Under the pieces are notes generated by a model. The model was not told the origin of the DNA and made no database searches. It saw nothing but the letters and a program-made list of their open reading frames with translations. A program made the translations under genes and the position numbers. DNA of 64,000 bases from assembly GCA_035656255.1 (NCBI GenBank), contig DASRSV010000022.1:16630-80629 (forward strand), in the 5' to 3' direction. The stretch is from Thermoplasmata archaeon. GTDB lineage: Archaea > Thermoplasmatota > Thermoplasmata > Lutacidiplasmatales > UBA184. Shown piece by piece: positions 1-8,699 of this stretch. Numbering within the stretch: position 1 is the first letter of the stretch; every line of letters begins with the position of its first letter.

Positions 1-1962
1 GTCTTCGGTGCGGTCTTCGGCGGCCCTGTCGGGGCCGGGGTCGGCTGCGTGGCGGTCGGCCTCGCCACGGCAATCGCCTTCTACATGGGGACGCGGATGA
101 GCGCCCAGGACTCCCTGAACCAGCAGGCCGTCGCCTGGCTCCGGGCCGAGATCTCCGTCGTCGGGAACTGCGCGAACACCACGGGGGGCTTCCTCGGCAA
201 CGCCCTTCAGCTCCTCAACTTCACACAGGACTACTTCGACTCGCGCGCCGACTCGGCCGCTGTCGACCAGCTCGGGAACTCGACGTTCAACGTGCTCCTC
301 GACGAGACGCAATCCGGGACGGCCGTCCAGGCGATGGACGTTCAGTGGGCGGCCGCGCAGTCGGCGGCCCAGTGTCAGGCGGCGTTCCAGTCGTGGTACG
401 TCGCGAACTTCGGGCCGAACGGTCGCTTCAGTTCGGTCCCGTCGCCCAGTATCGACCTCGTCACGCTTGTGAGCACGACCGACTCCTACAACCCGACCTC
501 AGTCCCGCAGTGGGCGGGAGCTGACGTCGAGGGGCTGGGAACGTCCAGCAACCAGTACGTCTACCTCGCTCACGGGACGATCACCGTCGTCAATCACTGC
601 GTGACCACCTGCAACGGGAACAACTTCGTCTTCAACGCCTGGCCCGTCGGTGGAGGTCCTCCAATCCGACTCTGGGGTTGCACCGCGTCGAACACGACCT
701 GCTGGCCGTCCCCCGCAGTCTTCGCGGGTCCGAGCGGGATCTACAATGTCACGCCGACGTCGGGACCGTTCACCGCGAACTTCCTCTTCTACGGCGGCGC
801 GGACATCCAGACCGCTTCCAACGGCGGACAGTGGGTCGCGTGGACCGCCGAGACGGGGAACGTCACGGGCGGCAACTACCATGAGGGGACCATCGTCAGC
901 GCGGCCGCCAACGCACAGACCACCAACTCCGTCCCGTTCTACGGTAACGCCTCCTGGAACCCGGTCTACCCAAACCGGCTCCTGATCCGGTCCGCCCAGG
1001 CGGCTCAGACCTACTGGGCGTTTCTGAAGGGGCTCGGCTTCTCGAGCGCAAGCCAGATCCCGGCGGACTGCGTCATCCCATACCCGAACGAGGTGCTCCC
1101 GCCGACCGTCGACCTCCAGGGGCTCTCCATCTCGGAGTATCAGAGCCTCTTCTACGGCTGGCTCACCGGTCTCGCGACGTTCTTCAACACCACGCTCAAC
1201 TCGACGAACTTCTGCGGGACTCAGGGCCACCGGCAGTTCCAGATCGGCAACGACTCGTACTGGCCGCTGTTCGTCAATGTCACCCTCAGCGTCTACATCC
1301 CGAACGCGACCCTCTACCCCAGCGAGACCTACGGGAACGTCTCCTCCTGGGCGTACACCCACGTCCAGGCGCTCGTCACCCCGCTACTCGCGACCATCCG
1401 CTTCCCAATCGGGCAGCCGTTCAACATCCCCGAGAACGACCCGGTATCGGTTTTCCTGCCCCAACGCGGAGTGTGGCTGAACCTCTACGGGAACGGAACC
1501 AACGTCTCGCTACCGAACCCGATCTGCGCCACCGGGTGCGGGCTCGCCTCCACCAGCTCGGCAGGCCGGGCCGCCGCGGCCGTCCAGCCGCTCGCGTCGA
1601 AGCCTCCCGGCGATGCGGTCTACCTCTACTCGTGCATCATCGGCGGGGTCCCGGCCGCGAACTGCACGGTCGTGACCCAAACGATCAACCAGACGATCCT
1701 CTACCAGAACGCCTCGTGCCAGCCGTCGTGCGGACCGGGCGGAGGGGCGGGGTTCACCTTCACCCTGCCGAACCCGTTCGCTTGGCTGGCCAATGCCTTC
1801 TGCGCCCTGCTCGGACCGCTACTCGGGCCGAACTGCGTCGGCGACCTTTCGCTGCTCTTCGAGGTTGTCTTCGTTCTCGTCGTGGTCCTGGTCGTCGTCT
1901 ACGTCGTCAACGCGCTCTGGCCTCGCCGCGGAAGCTCGCGGGAGACGGGGAGAGGAGGATGA
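1..1962 (+). CDS. Large Cys-rich secreted/membrane-anchored protein, putative viral spike (5'-truncated)
   Basis: Frame is open from base 1 (VFGAVFGGPVGAGVGCVAVGLATAIAFY). Many N-x-S/T sequons and cysteines, C-terminal TM helix (LLFEVVFVLVVVLVVVYVV) followed by a basic tail. Confidence 0.7.
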   Translation, partial: VFGAVFGGPVGAGVGCVAVGLATAIAFYMGTRMSAQDSLNQQAVAWLRAEISVVGNCANTTGGFLGNALQLLNFTQDYFDSRADSAAVDQLGNSTFNVLLDETQSGTAVQAMDVQWAAAQSAAQCQAAFQSWYVANFGPNGRFSSVPSPSIDLVTLVSTTDSYNPTSVPQWAGADVEGLGTSSNQYVYLAHGTITVVNHCVTTCNGNNFVFNAWPVGGGPPIRLWGCTASNTTCWPSPAVFAGPSGIYNVTPTSGPFTANFLFYGGADIQTASNGGQWVAWTAETGNVTGGNYHEGTIVSAAANAQTTNSVPFYGNASWNPVYPNRLLIRSAQAAQTYWAFLKGLGFSSASQIPADCVIPYPNEVLPPTVDLQGLSISEYQSLFYGWLTGLATFFNTTLNSTNFCGTQGHRQFQIGNDSYWPLFVNVTLSVYIPNATLYPSETYGNVSSWAYTHVQALVTPLLATIRFPIGQPFNIPENDPVSVFLPQRGVWLNLYGNGTNVSLPNPICATGCGLASTSSAGRAAAAVQPLASKPPGDAVYLYSCIIGGVPAANCTVVTQTINQTILYQNASCQPSCGPGGGAGFTFTLPNPFAWLANAFCALLGPLLGPNCVGDLSLLFEVVFVLVVVLVVVYVVNALWPRRGSSRETGRGG

Positions 1963-1965
1963 ACG

Positions 1966-2256
1966 GTGGACGCCTTGGACGTTCTCACCGCGCTCTCCCC
2001 GTTCGCGGTCTACCTCGCGTTCGCCGTGATCCTCCTTCTCCTGTACCTCGAGGCCCGGAACGCGTGGAGCCGCGTGGGCACGACGAACCGGAGATCGTGG
2101 GCGGGATCTGTTGGAGTCCTCGTCGTCCTCGCGGTGCTCGCCCTCTTCCTCCTCGGCGAGGGCTGGGAGTGGCTCGGTGGGCTCATCCTGGCGGCCGTGG
2201 TACTGATCGGGATCGGTTGGGCCCTCGCCGCGACCTACCGCCGAAGGCGAGAGTAG
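1966..2256 (+). CDS. Small multi-TM membrane protein (96 aa), putative virion membrane protein
   Basis: GGAGG 7 nt before the GTG start, three hydrophobic segments, basic C-terminus. Confidence 0.75.
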   Translation: MDALDVLTALSPFAVYLAFAVILLLLYLEARNAWSRVGTTNRRSWAGSVGVLVVLAVLALFLLGEGWEWLGGLILAAVVLIGIGWALAATYRRRRE

Positions 2257-2259
2257 GCC

Positions 2260-2400
2260 GTGGTCCGGCGCAAGGGCGGGAGAACTCCGCGGAGTGGCCT
2301 CACCCTCCGCGGCTGGGACCTCGTCATCGAGGCGACGGTGATCGTCACGAGCACGGTGATCGCCGCGCTGATCCTCGTGTGGATCGGGGTGGGCCGTTGA
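2260..2400 (+). CDS. 46-aa single-TM protein (below ORF-track cutoff)
   Basis: GTG 3 nt after the previous stop. MVRRKGGRTPRSGLTLRGWDLVIEATVIVTSTVIAALILVWIGVGR: basic N-terminus plus one hydrophobic helix. Confidence 0.55.
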   Translation: MVRRKGGRTPRSGLTLRGWDLVIEATVIVTSTVIAALILVWIGVGR

Positions 2401-2452
2401 TGCCCCGAGCCCCGCGAGCTCACGATCGTTCTCTTCGAGAACGAGGTGAACC

Positions 2453-2764
2453 ATGAACCGGAAGGTAAGAGAGCGCCTCTGGACGAGCCGAGAGTCGACC
2501 GAGCGACGTTGTGGCGGAGTTGGAGCGGCGGCGGATTGGACCCGCCGGACCGGCCTTCAGCGTGACCGCCGAGGGCTGTCCACGGGCCACGCGGCGGTCC
2601 TGATCCTCGGGCTCGTGACCATCGTCGCGGGACTCTACTTCCTCGTCGCCTTCGGGACGATCTTCACGGGACCCGCGATCGCCGTCCCGGTCATCGGGCT
2701 CATCCTGGTCATTGTCGGGCTATCGGAGACCTGGATCGGCGAAGGTCGCCGGGCCCGCGGCTAA
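2453..2764 (+). CDS. Small 2-TM hairpin membrane protein (103 aa)
   Basis: GAGGTG RBS before ATG, basic N-terminus, two hydrophobic helices. Confidence 0.7.
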   Translation: MNRKVRERLWTSRESTERRCGGVGAAADWTRRTGLQRDRRGLSTGHAAVLILGLVTIVAGLYFLVAFGTIFTGPAIAVPVIGLILVIVGLSETWIGEGRRARG

Positions 2765-2787
2765 GCTCGAGGTAGGAGGCGACCACG

Positions 2788-3135
2788 ATGGCGCGCCGTC
2801 GACGGCTCTACTCCCCCGAGAGCCGGCAGGAGTTCGAACAGCGCTACGAAGCCGAGGGCTACTCGAAGGAGCGGGCCGACCGAATCTTCGGAGCCACCGT
2901 CGGGAAGGTCGCCGCGGAGCAGGCGGCTGAGCGACCTGGCGGCGTCAAGGTCGAGCAGGTGAAGGGCCACGTTGCCTACTTCGACCGCGGCACCCGGTTC
3001 CGCGTCCGACCCCACAGCGCTCGGATCCATTCACACGCCCACCCGCACGCTCGGAGGCACCACTGGGGACCCTGCGACGGCGAGTGCCGTAGCGGTCGTC
3101 GCGCTCACCTCCACGGGCGCCGGAGGCATGCTTGA
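2788..3135 (+). CDS. Basic Arg/His-rich protein (115 aa), putative nucleic-acid-binding protein
   Basis: AGGAGG RBS. The C-terminus is rich in His and Arg with two Cys. Its stop overlaps the next start. Confidence 0.7.
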   Translation: MARRRRLYSPESRQEFEQRYEAEGYSKERADRIFGATVGKVAAEQAAERPGGVKVEQVKGHVAYFDRGTRFRVRPHSARIHSHAHPHARRHHWGPCDGECRSGRRAHLHGRRRHA

Positions 3136-4655
3136 AACCCGCCAGCGCGGTCCTCGCAGCTTCGCTGACCCTTCTGCTCGCCTTCGGCTCCGTAGGCTCC
3201 GCCGAAGGCACGCTTGCGGTCGGCGGCAAGCCCGTCCTGCCGGGAGCGTGGGGGCTACCCTACGGGCAGGGAAGCTCCCCGGGCGGACCGGCCGTCTTCA
3301 ACGACGGGGACTTGGTCTACGACACCACGATCCAGTTCTACGTCCTCAATTCAGAGTCGCAGGTCCAGTCCCTGACAATCAGCCTAGAGCAGTTCGATCC
3401 GGGAACGATGACTCGGTACGTCAACGAGACCCAGGGGAACACCACCGCACTGGTCCCGGTCCAGTTCGACGTGCGCGAGGACGCTCAGTGGTCCAACGTC
3501 ACGGCGACCCTCGCGCCCGGCGGTCTGACCGTTATTCAGGTGCCGGTCCCAGCCGCCTCGTCCGCGCACCACATCGAGCTTCGTGCGGGGAGCGCGGTCT
3601 GGGAACTCCTGCACCTGACCCCGACCGGGAGCTCGCTCGCCGGGCTCTACTCGACCTGGGGGCTGGACGGCGTTCTCCTCCTCGAGGCGGCGGTCACCGC
3701 CGTCGTTTTCCTTGGATTCGCCGCCGCGGCCCGGGGGTTCGCGAAGCGAATCTATCGCCCCCCGAAGGTACCGATCTGGTGGCCCGCGGGGTGGATCATC
3801 GTCCCGCTCGGGTTCTTCTTCGCCGAGTACGTTCCCACGAACCAGTTCCTCGGCGCCCTCAGCCCCTTCCTCTACCCGGTCTTCTTCGGCGTAGCGGCGT
3901 TTCCCTACCTGCCCCGCCTCTGGAAGGAGTTCGAGTGGGCCGAGTTCAACGGCTTCCAGGCCCGCTCGTCGGTCGAGGCAGAGATCCCGAAGGCTGTATT
4001 GCCGGTGGTACGGACGAGGGAGGGACTTCGGTGTGCCCCCGAAACCTGGCGGGAGGCCGTCTACACGTTGTTCGGTGTGCCGCTCCCTCCAGTCCAGATG
4101 GACCGCGTGTCGTCCGCCGGTATCGAACTAAAGGTCGCACCGTCGGGTCTTCCCGCCACCTGCCCGCTGGCGCCCTGGTACGCCTCGGACGTCGATCTCG
4201 TCTACTGGTACGACGCACGAACGGGGTTGTCGAGGACCCGGCACCGGCTCCGATTGTTCCGGGAGGCACCCACCCCAGCGCCCGGGCGCGGGTCCGCCGA
4301 GCGACCACCCACGGAGGCGAAGATCCCTCGACGTTGGTCGCCCCATGTGGATACGGGACGCTTGACGGGCTCTTTCCCTCCGCTACGGGAGATCGCCGAG
4401 TACATGGCCGGAGTACGGGCGGTCGAGCAGGAGGCGTTGGATCACGAGGTCGATCGTCTCCTGGTCGCGCGACTGCGAGGGGATGTCCTCCGGCGGCAGC
4501 GGGAGGCCTCGACCGAACTGCTCGACGCCGCCCTGGAGTCGATCTACGCTGCCGCCTCGCCGTCCACCCGGGACGAGATCGAACGGACGATCCGCGAGGC
4601 GCGGAAGGGGGGTGAACCGATTGGCGGGCAAGCCGTTGCGAGGAGCGGTGACTGA
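3132..4655 (+). CDS. Membrane protein (507 aa) with signal peptide, extracellular domain, central TM helices and cytoplasmic helical tail
   Basis: GGAGG before a TTG that overlaps the upstream TGA. MKPASAVLAASLTLLLAFGS signal-like N-terminus, hydrophobic segments mid-protein. Confidence 0.75.
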   Translation: MKPASAVLAASLTLLLAFGSVGSAEGTLAVGGKPVLPGAWGLPYGQGSSPGGPAVFNDGDLVYDTTIQFYVLNSESQVQSLTISLEQFDPGTMTRYVNETQGNTTALVPVQFDVREDAQWSNVTATLAPGGLTVIQVPVPAASSAHHIELRAGSAVWELLHLTPTGSSLAGLYSTWGLDGVLLLEAAVTAVVFLGFAAAARGFAKRIYRPPKVPIWWPAGWIIVPLGFFFAEYVPTNQFLGALSPFLYPVFFGVAAFPYLPRLWKEFEWAEFNGFQARSSVEAEIPKAVLPVVRTREGLRCAPETWREAVYTLFGVPLPPVQMDRVSSAGIELKVAPSGLPATCPLAPWYASDVDLVYWYDARTGLSRTRHRLRLFREAPTPAPGRGSAERPPTEAKIPRRWSPHVDTGRLTGSFPPLREIAEYMAGVRAVEQEALDHEVDRLLVARLRGDVLRRQREASTELLDAALESIYAAASPSTRDEIERTIREARKGGEPIGGQAVARSGD

Positions 4656-5223
4656 CGCGCGCGTCCGGGTCTGGGCTCGCGCACTCGAGGCGTTACGCTC
4701 GGCGCGCTCGCAGATGCAGGAGCGTGACGAGCGAATCCGGGAGCTCGAGCGGAGACTCGACCGCCTGGAGAGGGAAGCGGGCCGTTCCGTGGACCTGAAA
4801 GTTACGACGACGGCTTTGGAGGGAGGGCTGGGCAACCGGCCGGCCACCGACGCGTACCGGAACCGGCAGATCGCCGGGTTCATGGCGAGCGTGAACGACC
4901 TCGGTCTCGTCTCGCGGAAGTTCGGGACGGAGGCGGCGCGGGTCGCGGTCCAGACCGGGGTCCGGGCGAACCTGGCGATGCTCTATGCGACCGCGCCGGC
5001 CTCGGTGGAGGAGGGGCGGCGCCGCGACCTCCTGCGCGTCCTGTTCTCTAGTCCTGCCGCGGCAGCGATCCTCGCGGGCTCGGAGGAGCGGCACGAGCGG
5101 TTCCGCCACGACGTGATCACCGCGGCGCTGAACGCCGGGGTCGAGACCTCCACGTGGGAGCTCGTCCGGAGGTCGGTGGAGCGCGAGGAATGGGCGACGA
5201 GCTCCACAGACGCCAACCGATAG
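4648..5223 (+). CDS. Coiled-coil hypothetical protein (~191 aa)
   Basis: GAGGAG RBS before GTG 4648, overlapping the upstream gene end (start moved from 4483). Heptad-like stretch ERDERIRELERRLDRLERE. Confidence 0.65.
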   Translation: MTDARVRVWARALEALRSARSQMQERDERIRELERRLDRLEREAGRSVDLKVTTTALEGGLGNRPATDAYRNRQIAGFMASVNDLGLVSRKFGTEAARVAVQTGVRANLAMLYATAPASVEEGRRRDLLRVLFSSPAAAAILAGSEERHERFRHDVITAALNAGVETSTWELVRRSVEREEWATSSTDANR

Positions 5224-6044
5224 GACCGCTCCGCTGGCTCTACGGACCCCCGCCCGACCCGCCGGGGCCGACGCCAGACGAGGTCCGTCGCCACTGGGTC
5301 GCCTACCTCCGTGACCGTGTGGAGAACCACTGGGACAACATGGTCCTCCTTGACGGGATGAGGGGGTCCGGAAAGTCGACTCTCGCCTATCAGCTCGCCA
5401 CGGCCGTCGACCGGACGTTTCGCCCCGGGGACATGGAGTGGCGTATCTGTGGGTCCCCGGAGACCCTGAGCGCCGCCGTCGAACGGGCGACGGTGGGACA
5501 GGTGGTGGTGTTCGACGAGGCGATGATGGGGTTCCGAGGCGTGGACTTCATGAAGCGCCCGTTCCAGGAGCTGGTCTCGATCTTCACGGTGAATCGGTTC
5601 CGAGGCGGCACGTTCCTGGTCCTGTCGCCGTCGATCCACCGGCTGGGAGCCTTCTTCCGAGACGACATCGCGGACGTCTGGATCGCCATTCCGGTCCGGT
5701 CCCGGGGACGGGCGTTCGTCCACCTGAGGACGCCGGGGATCCGTTACGAGTACGGCGAGAAGAAGCCGATCTGGACGAAGGAGTCCCTGTTCAATCCACT
5801 GGAGTGGGGCGAGTCCCGGGGACCCGGTTGGGAGGAGTTCGACCGCATTTCCCGCGGCCGGAAGCTGGAGGTGATCCGGGAGTCGTCGGAACGACTGCGG
5901 AGGACTCGGAGTCCCCGCACTTCTCGCGTACCCGTGGTCTGCCCCCACTGCGGGCACAGCTGGCGAGCGTTACCGGCCCGCCTGTCCCGACAGTGTCCCT
6001 CATGTCTTCGACGATTCAGAATCAGAAATGGAGGACCGGATTAA
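5190..6044 (+). CDS. P-loop NTPase with C-terminal Zn ribbon, putative viral packaging/extrusion ATPase
   Basis: Walker A GMRGSGKST, Walker B VVVFDEA, downstream NRFRGG..LSP element, C-terminal CPHC...CPSC. Start moved to ATG 5190. Confidence 0.8.
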   Translation: MGDELHRRQPIGPLRWLYGPPPDPPGPTPDEVRRHWVAYLRDRVENHWDNMVLLDGMRGSGKSTLAYQLATAVDRTFRPGDMEWRICGSPETLSAAVERATVGQVVVFDEAMMGFRGVDFMKRPFQELVSIFTVNRFRGGTFLVLSPSIHRLGAFFRDDIADVWIAIPVRSRGRAFVHLRTPGIRYEYGEKKPIWTKESLFNPLEWGESRGPGWEEFDRISRGRKLEVIRESSERLRRTRSPRTSRVPVVCPHCGHSWRALPARLSRQCPSCLRRFRIRNGGPD

Positions 6045-6153
6045 CATCACCCTTGGGGCTCCGGGGTTGTCCCGGCAGCGTCTCTGACCCCACAGGGTGG
6101 CGCCAGGAGGCGGCCTGCGACAATCACACGGCCGGCAGTATCACCCGGACCTG

Positions 6154-6615
6154 TTACGGCGGTAGCGGATGCCGTTCGAGCAGCAGTCGACCGTGGAGGT
6201 TCGTCGCGGTGAGCACCTCCCCTTCCGTGACGCTCAGGACTAGGATTTCCCCGAGGGCGAGCTTGTGCGGCAGCACGGCAGCGGGAGTCCGCGCGCCAGA
6301 ATCGGGGGACGCGGGCACAGGTGCCGCCGCCACAGAGCGAGAGGTTCCAACTCTGACCGCCCGGGTCGGTCCTGAAATCCGGTACATCTTTTCATGACCG
6401 GACCTCATCGCAATGATGGCTCCGCTGCGGACGAGTAACCGGAGTGCGTGATACACCGAGTTCGGGTGGAACTTTCGTTGGCTCGCCTTCGCGATCCGCT
6501 TCGCGATGTCGGAGGTCGCGAGGCGGGCGCCCGAGCCCACGGACCGCAGCTCGGCCAGGATCCACTTCTGCGCACCACGGGGATCGGACCGGGACTTACT
6601 TCGCTTGGCCGCCAT
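6154..6615 (-). CDS. Winged-helix DNA-binding protein
   Basis: ILAEL...LATSDIAKRI...NSVYHALRLLVRSGAI...KMYRI fits a wHTH pattern. Start moved to MAAKR at 6615. Confidence 0.7.
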   Translation of the reverse strand: MAAKRSKSRSDPRGAQKWILAELRSVGSGARLATSDIAKRIAKASQRKFHPNSVYHALRLLVRSGAIIAMRSGHEKMYRISGPTRAVRVGTSRSVAAAPVPASPDSGARTPAAVLPHKLALGEILVLSVTEGEVLTATNLHGRLLLERHPLPP

Positions 6616-6879
6616 CGAGTCACGGAGTCGATTCCTGACGTAAATGTATCCGGTAGTCTCCTGCGATGCCGGAGCGTCCACAATGGTCTCGGCTCATGCT
6701 GAAGATCGGAAGGCGAGTACTCCGCATGCTCCAAGGAGTACGAGCCGACACCGGCCGGTAGAGAGCGGATGGGTCGCTGCTGTAGGCCCAGAACCAGGGA
6801 GGCTCGGGCCAGCGATGTTCAGCGAACGGAACCCGAATTGATCCGTCCAGTCGCGTGACCGAGATCCCGGCTTAGGGCC

Positions 6880-7116
6880 CTACGCGGTTCCGGGTGATAG
6901 CAGGTTCTTCGCCTTGAGTTCAGAACGGTGATCAGCGCAGACAGTCACAACGATGGGGCCGCCGACCACTTCCGGGCCGAGCGGGCGGTAGTTGGGGCCC
7001 GGCCGTACGCTCACCGGATTTATCGCCCCACCGCAGACATCGGATTCCGGTCCGTCTTGGCCGGCAACTGAAAAGGCGTGGGTCACTTGACATTGGGCGG
7101 TCACCGCGCCGGGCAT
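6880..7116 (-). CDS. Small Cys/His-containing hypothetical protein (78 aa)
   Basis: ATG start, three Cys plus CADH, no recognised family. Confidence 0.4.
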   Translation of the reverse strand: MPGAVTAQCQVTHAFSVAGQDGPESDVCGGAINPVSVRPGPNYRPLGPEVVGGPIVVTVCADHRSELKAKNLLSPGTA

Positions 7117-8241
7117 ACTTGGCCGCTAGGGTTCGGGCAATATAGCTTTGGAGCGACGGCTCTGGGAAGTCGCCGGTTGGGGCATGATCAAGGTCCGGGG
7201 CCTCCCTATCGCCTAGGCACCGGTATCCTTTTCCATCCGCTCGTCGTCTCGCTTCAGGCGCTGATTTCTGGCAGGGCGCTCGACGCATCGGAGCTAGAAG
7301 CAACTAAGTCCAACCTCGCCGGTTGGCGGCCGTCGGGAGGCAGAGCAACGCCAGGAACTGAGACTGAGCCCTGGAGTGGGCACCTTGAGGCGTTCGTCGT
7401 TCTGGCCGCAGCAGTCGTTCTCGCGGCGCTGCTTCAGCTCGTCGTATTTCTTCCACCGGGGTCCGTGTCTTGGCACTGGACGATCGGCGTGATTGCGGTC
7501 GGGTTCGGCCTCGTCGCGTTCATCTTCCTCGGAGGCTGGGACTGGGCCGCGGGACGCCTGGAAGAGTGGTCGATCCGTCGCCACATTCGCAAGCATCCGG
7601 ATCTAGTGAACGATCTGATTTCCCTGCTCGATCAACACGGGCAGGTGTTCGGATCCGGGAACTGGTTCCTGAACTCGGGCAACTCAGTGATGCAGAATTG
7701 GCTCGCGGCGAGCCTTCAGAACCCCTGCCCATTCACCCCGCAGCAGAAGGAGTCTGGGAACCAGGCCCACGCCCAACTCATGGCTTGGTCGAACGCCTCA
7801 GTCTACTGGTCCTACCTCAAGTCCGTCCTTGAGTGGCGGATCAAGCACCGGGCGTTCGTCGACTCCTACGAGTTTTACTGGGCTGCCAAAATGGTAGGCG
7901 TCGAAATCTCGAGGGGGTTGCTGAGCGCGTCAAACTTCGTCAACGCGATCCGCAATGCCGGTGTCGACAGGCTCCCCAACTACAATTCGGACAGATGGGA
8001 CGACTTCCGTAACCGTGCCGATGAGGTGGTCCGGCTCGCTCACGAAATCAATCGGCGGGGCGAACTGGAACTGGGCCTGAAACTGGATCTGAACTTCCAG
8101 TTCGTTCCTCCGCTTTACCCTCGACCGGGCGACCCTCCCCCTACGGCAGCGCCGCGGATGGGAGAAGTTCAACCCCCGGTTGAGTCCCCAGCATCGGCGC
8201 CGCCACCGACACCCACCGCCACCGGCCAGTCTGCCCGATAA
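7078..8241 (+). CDS. Hypothetical 2-TM membrane protein with soluble C-terminal domain (start uncertain)
   Basis: Two clear TM helices (AFVVLAAAVVLAALLQLVVFL; WTIGVIAVGFGLVAFIFLGGW), a protein-like C-terminal domain and a Pro-rich tail. The first ~90 codons may be non-coding. Confidence 0.65.
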   Translation: MGHLTLGGHRAGHTWPLGFGQYSFGATALGSRRLGHDQGPGPPYRLGTGILFHPLVVSLQALISGRALDASELEATKSNLAGWRPSGGRATPGTETEPWSGHLEAFVVLAAAVVLAALLQLVVFLPPGSVSWHWTIGVIAVGFGLVAFIFLGGWDWAAGRLEEWSIRRHIRKHPDLVNDLISLLDQHGQVFGSGNWFLNSGNSVMQNWLAASLQNPCPFTPQQKESGNQAHAQLMAWSNASVYWSYLKSVLEWRIKHRAFVDSYEFYWAAKMVGVEISRGLLSASNFVNAIRNAGVDRLPNYNSDRWDDFRNRADEVVRLAHEINRRGELELGLKLDLNFQFVPPLYPRPGDPPPTAAPRMGEVQPPVESPASAPPPTPTATGQSAR

Positions 8242-8699
8242 CAGCGTCTGGTTTGGAGATGCGCAGACAGCCCGGTAGAAACCGAAGCGGGTCAGGGTGT
8301 GTATGACCCCTCGGCCAAAACCGACTCTTTACCTTAGGAGTGGGGTAGTTGCACACCCGTGAAGTCCGGCGTGGGAGATGCCCCCCTCAGATAGGCGCCG
8401 AGTGTACCTCGACGAGCTTACTCAACCGACCTGACATCGAATCGAACTTGAACCGCGGCGCAATGCCCCGGCCTGCTCGCCTGAAGACTGAAGTGGCCAG
8501 CGGCGAGCCCAACCGATCCCTCTGACACCGCCTTGAGAGGAGGCCGAATGGAGCTTCGTCGCCCGGAGGCGTGACCTAAGCCCGCCCCTCGAATCCAATG
8601 CCGCGCGCTCGACCCATGCCGTGGGGGGGTGCTCGAAAGGCTGATTTCATACCCGACCGGGCCGCAGTTCTCTAATCCGTCGAGCTGAATTCGTAGGGC

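Noticed and set aside
1-6044. Conjugative/T4SS module
   Set aside because: The ATPase is small (~284 aa), unlike VirB4/VirD4, and no relaxase is seen. The viral interpretation is preferred but not proven.
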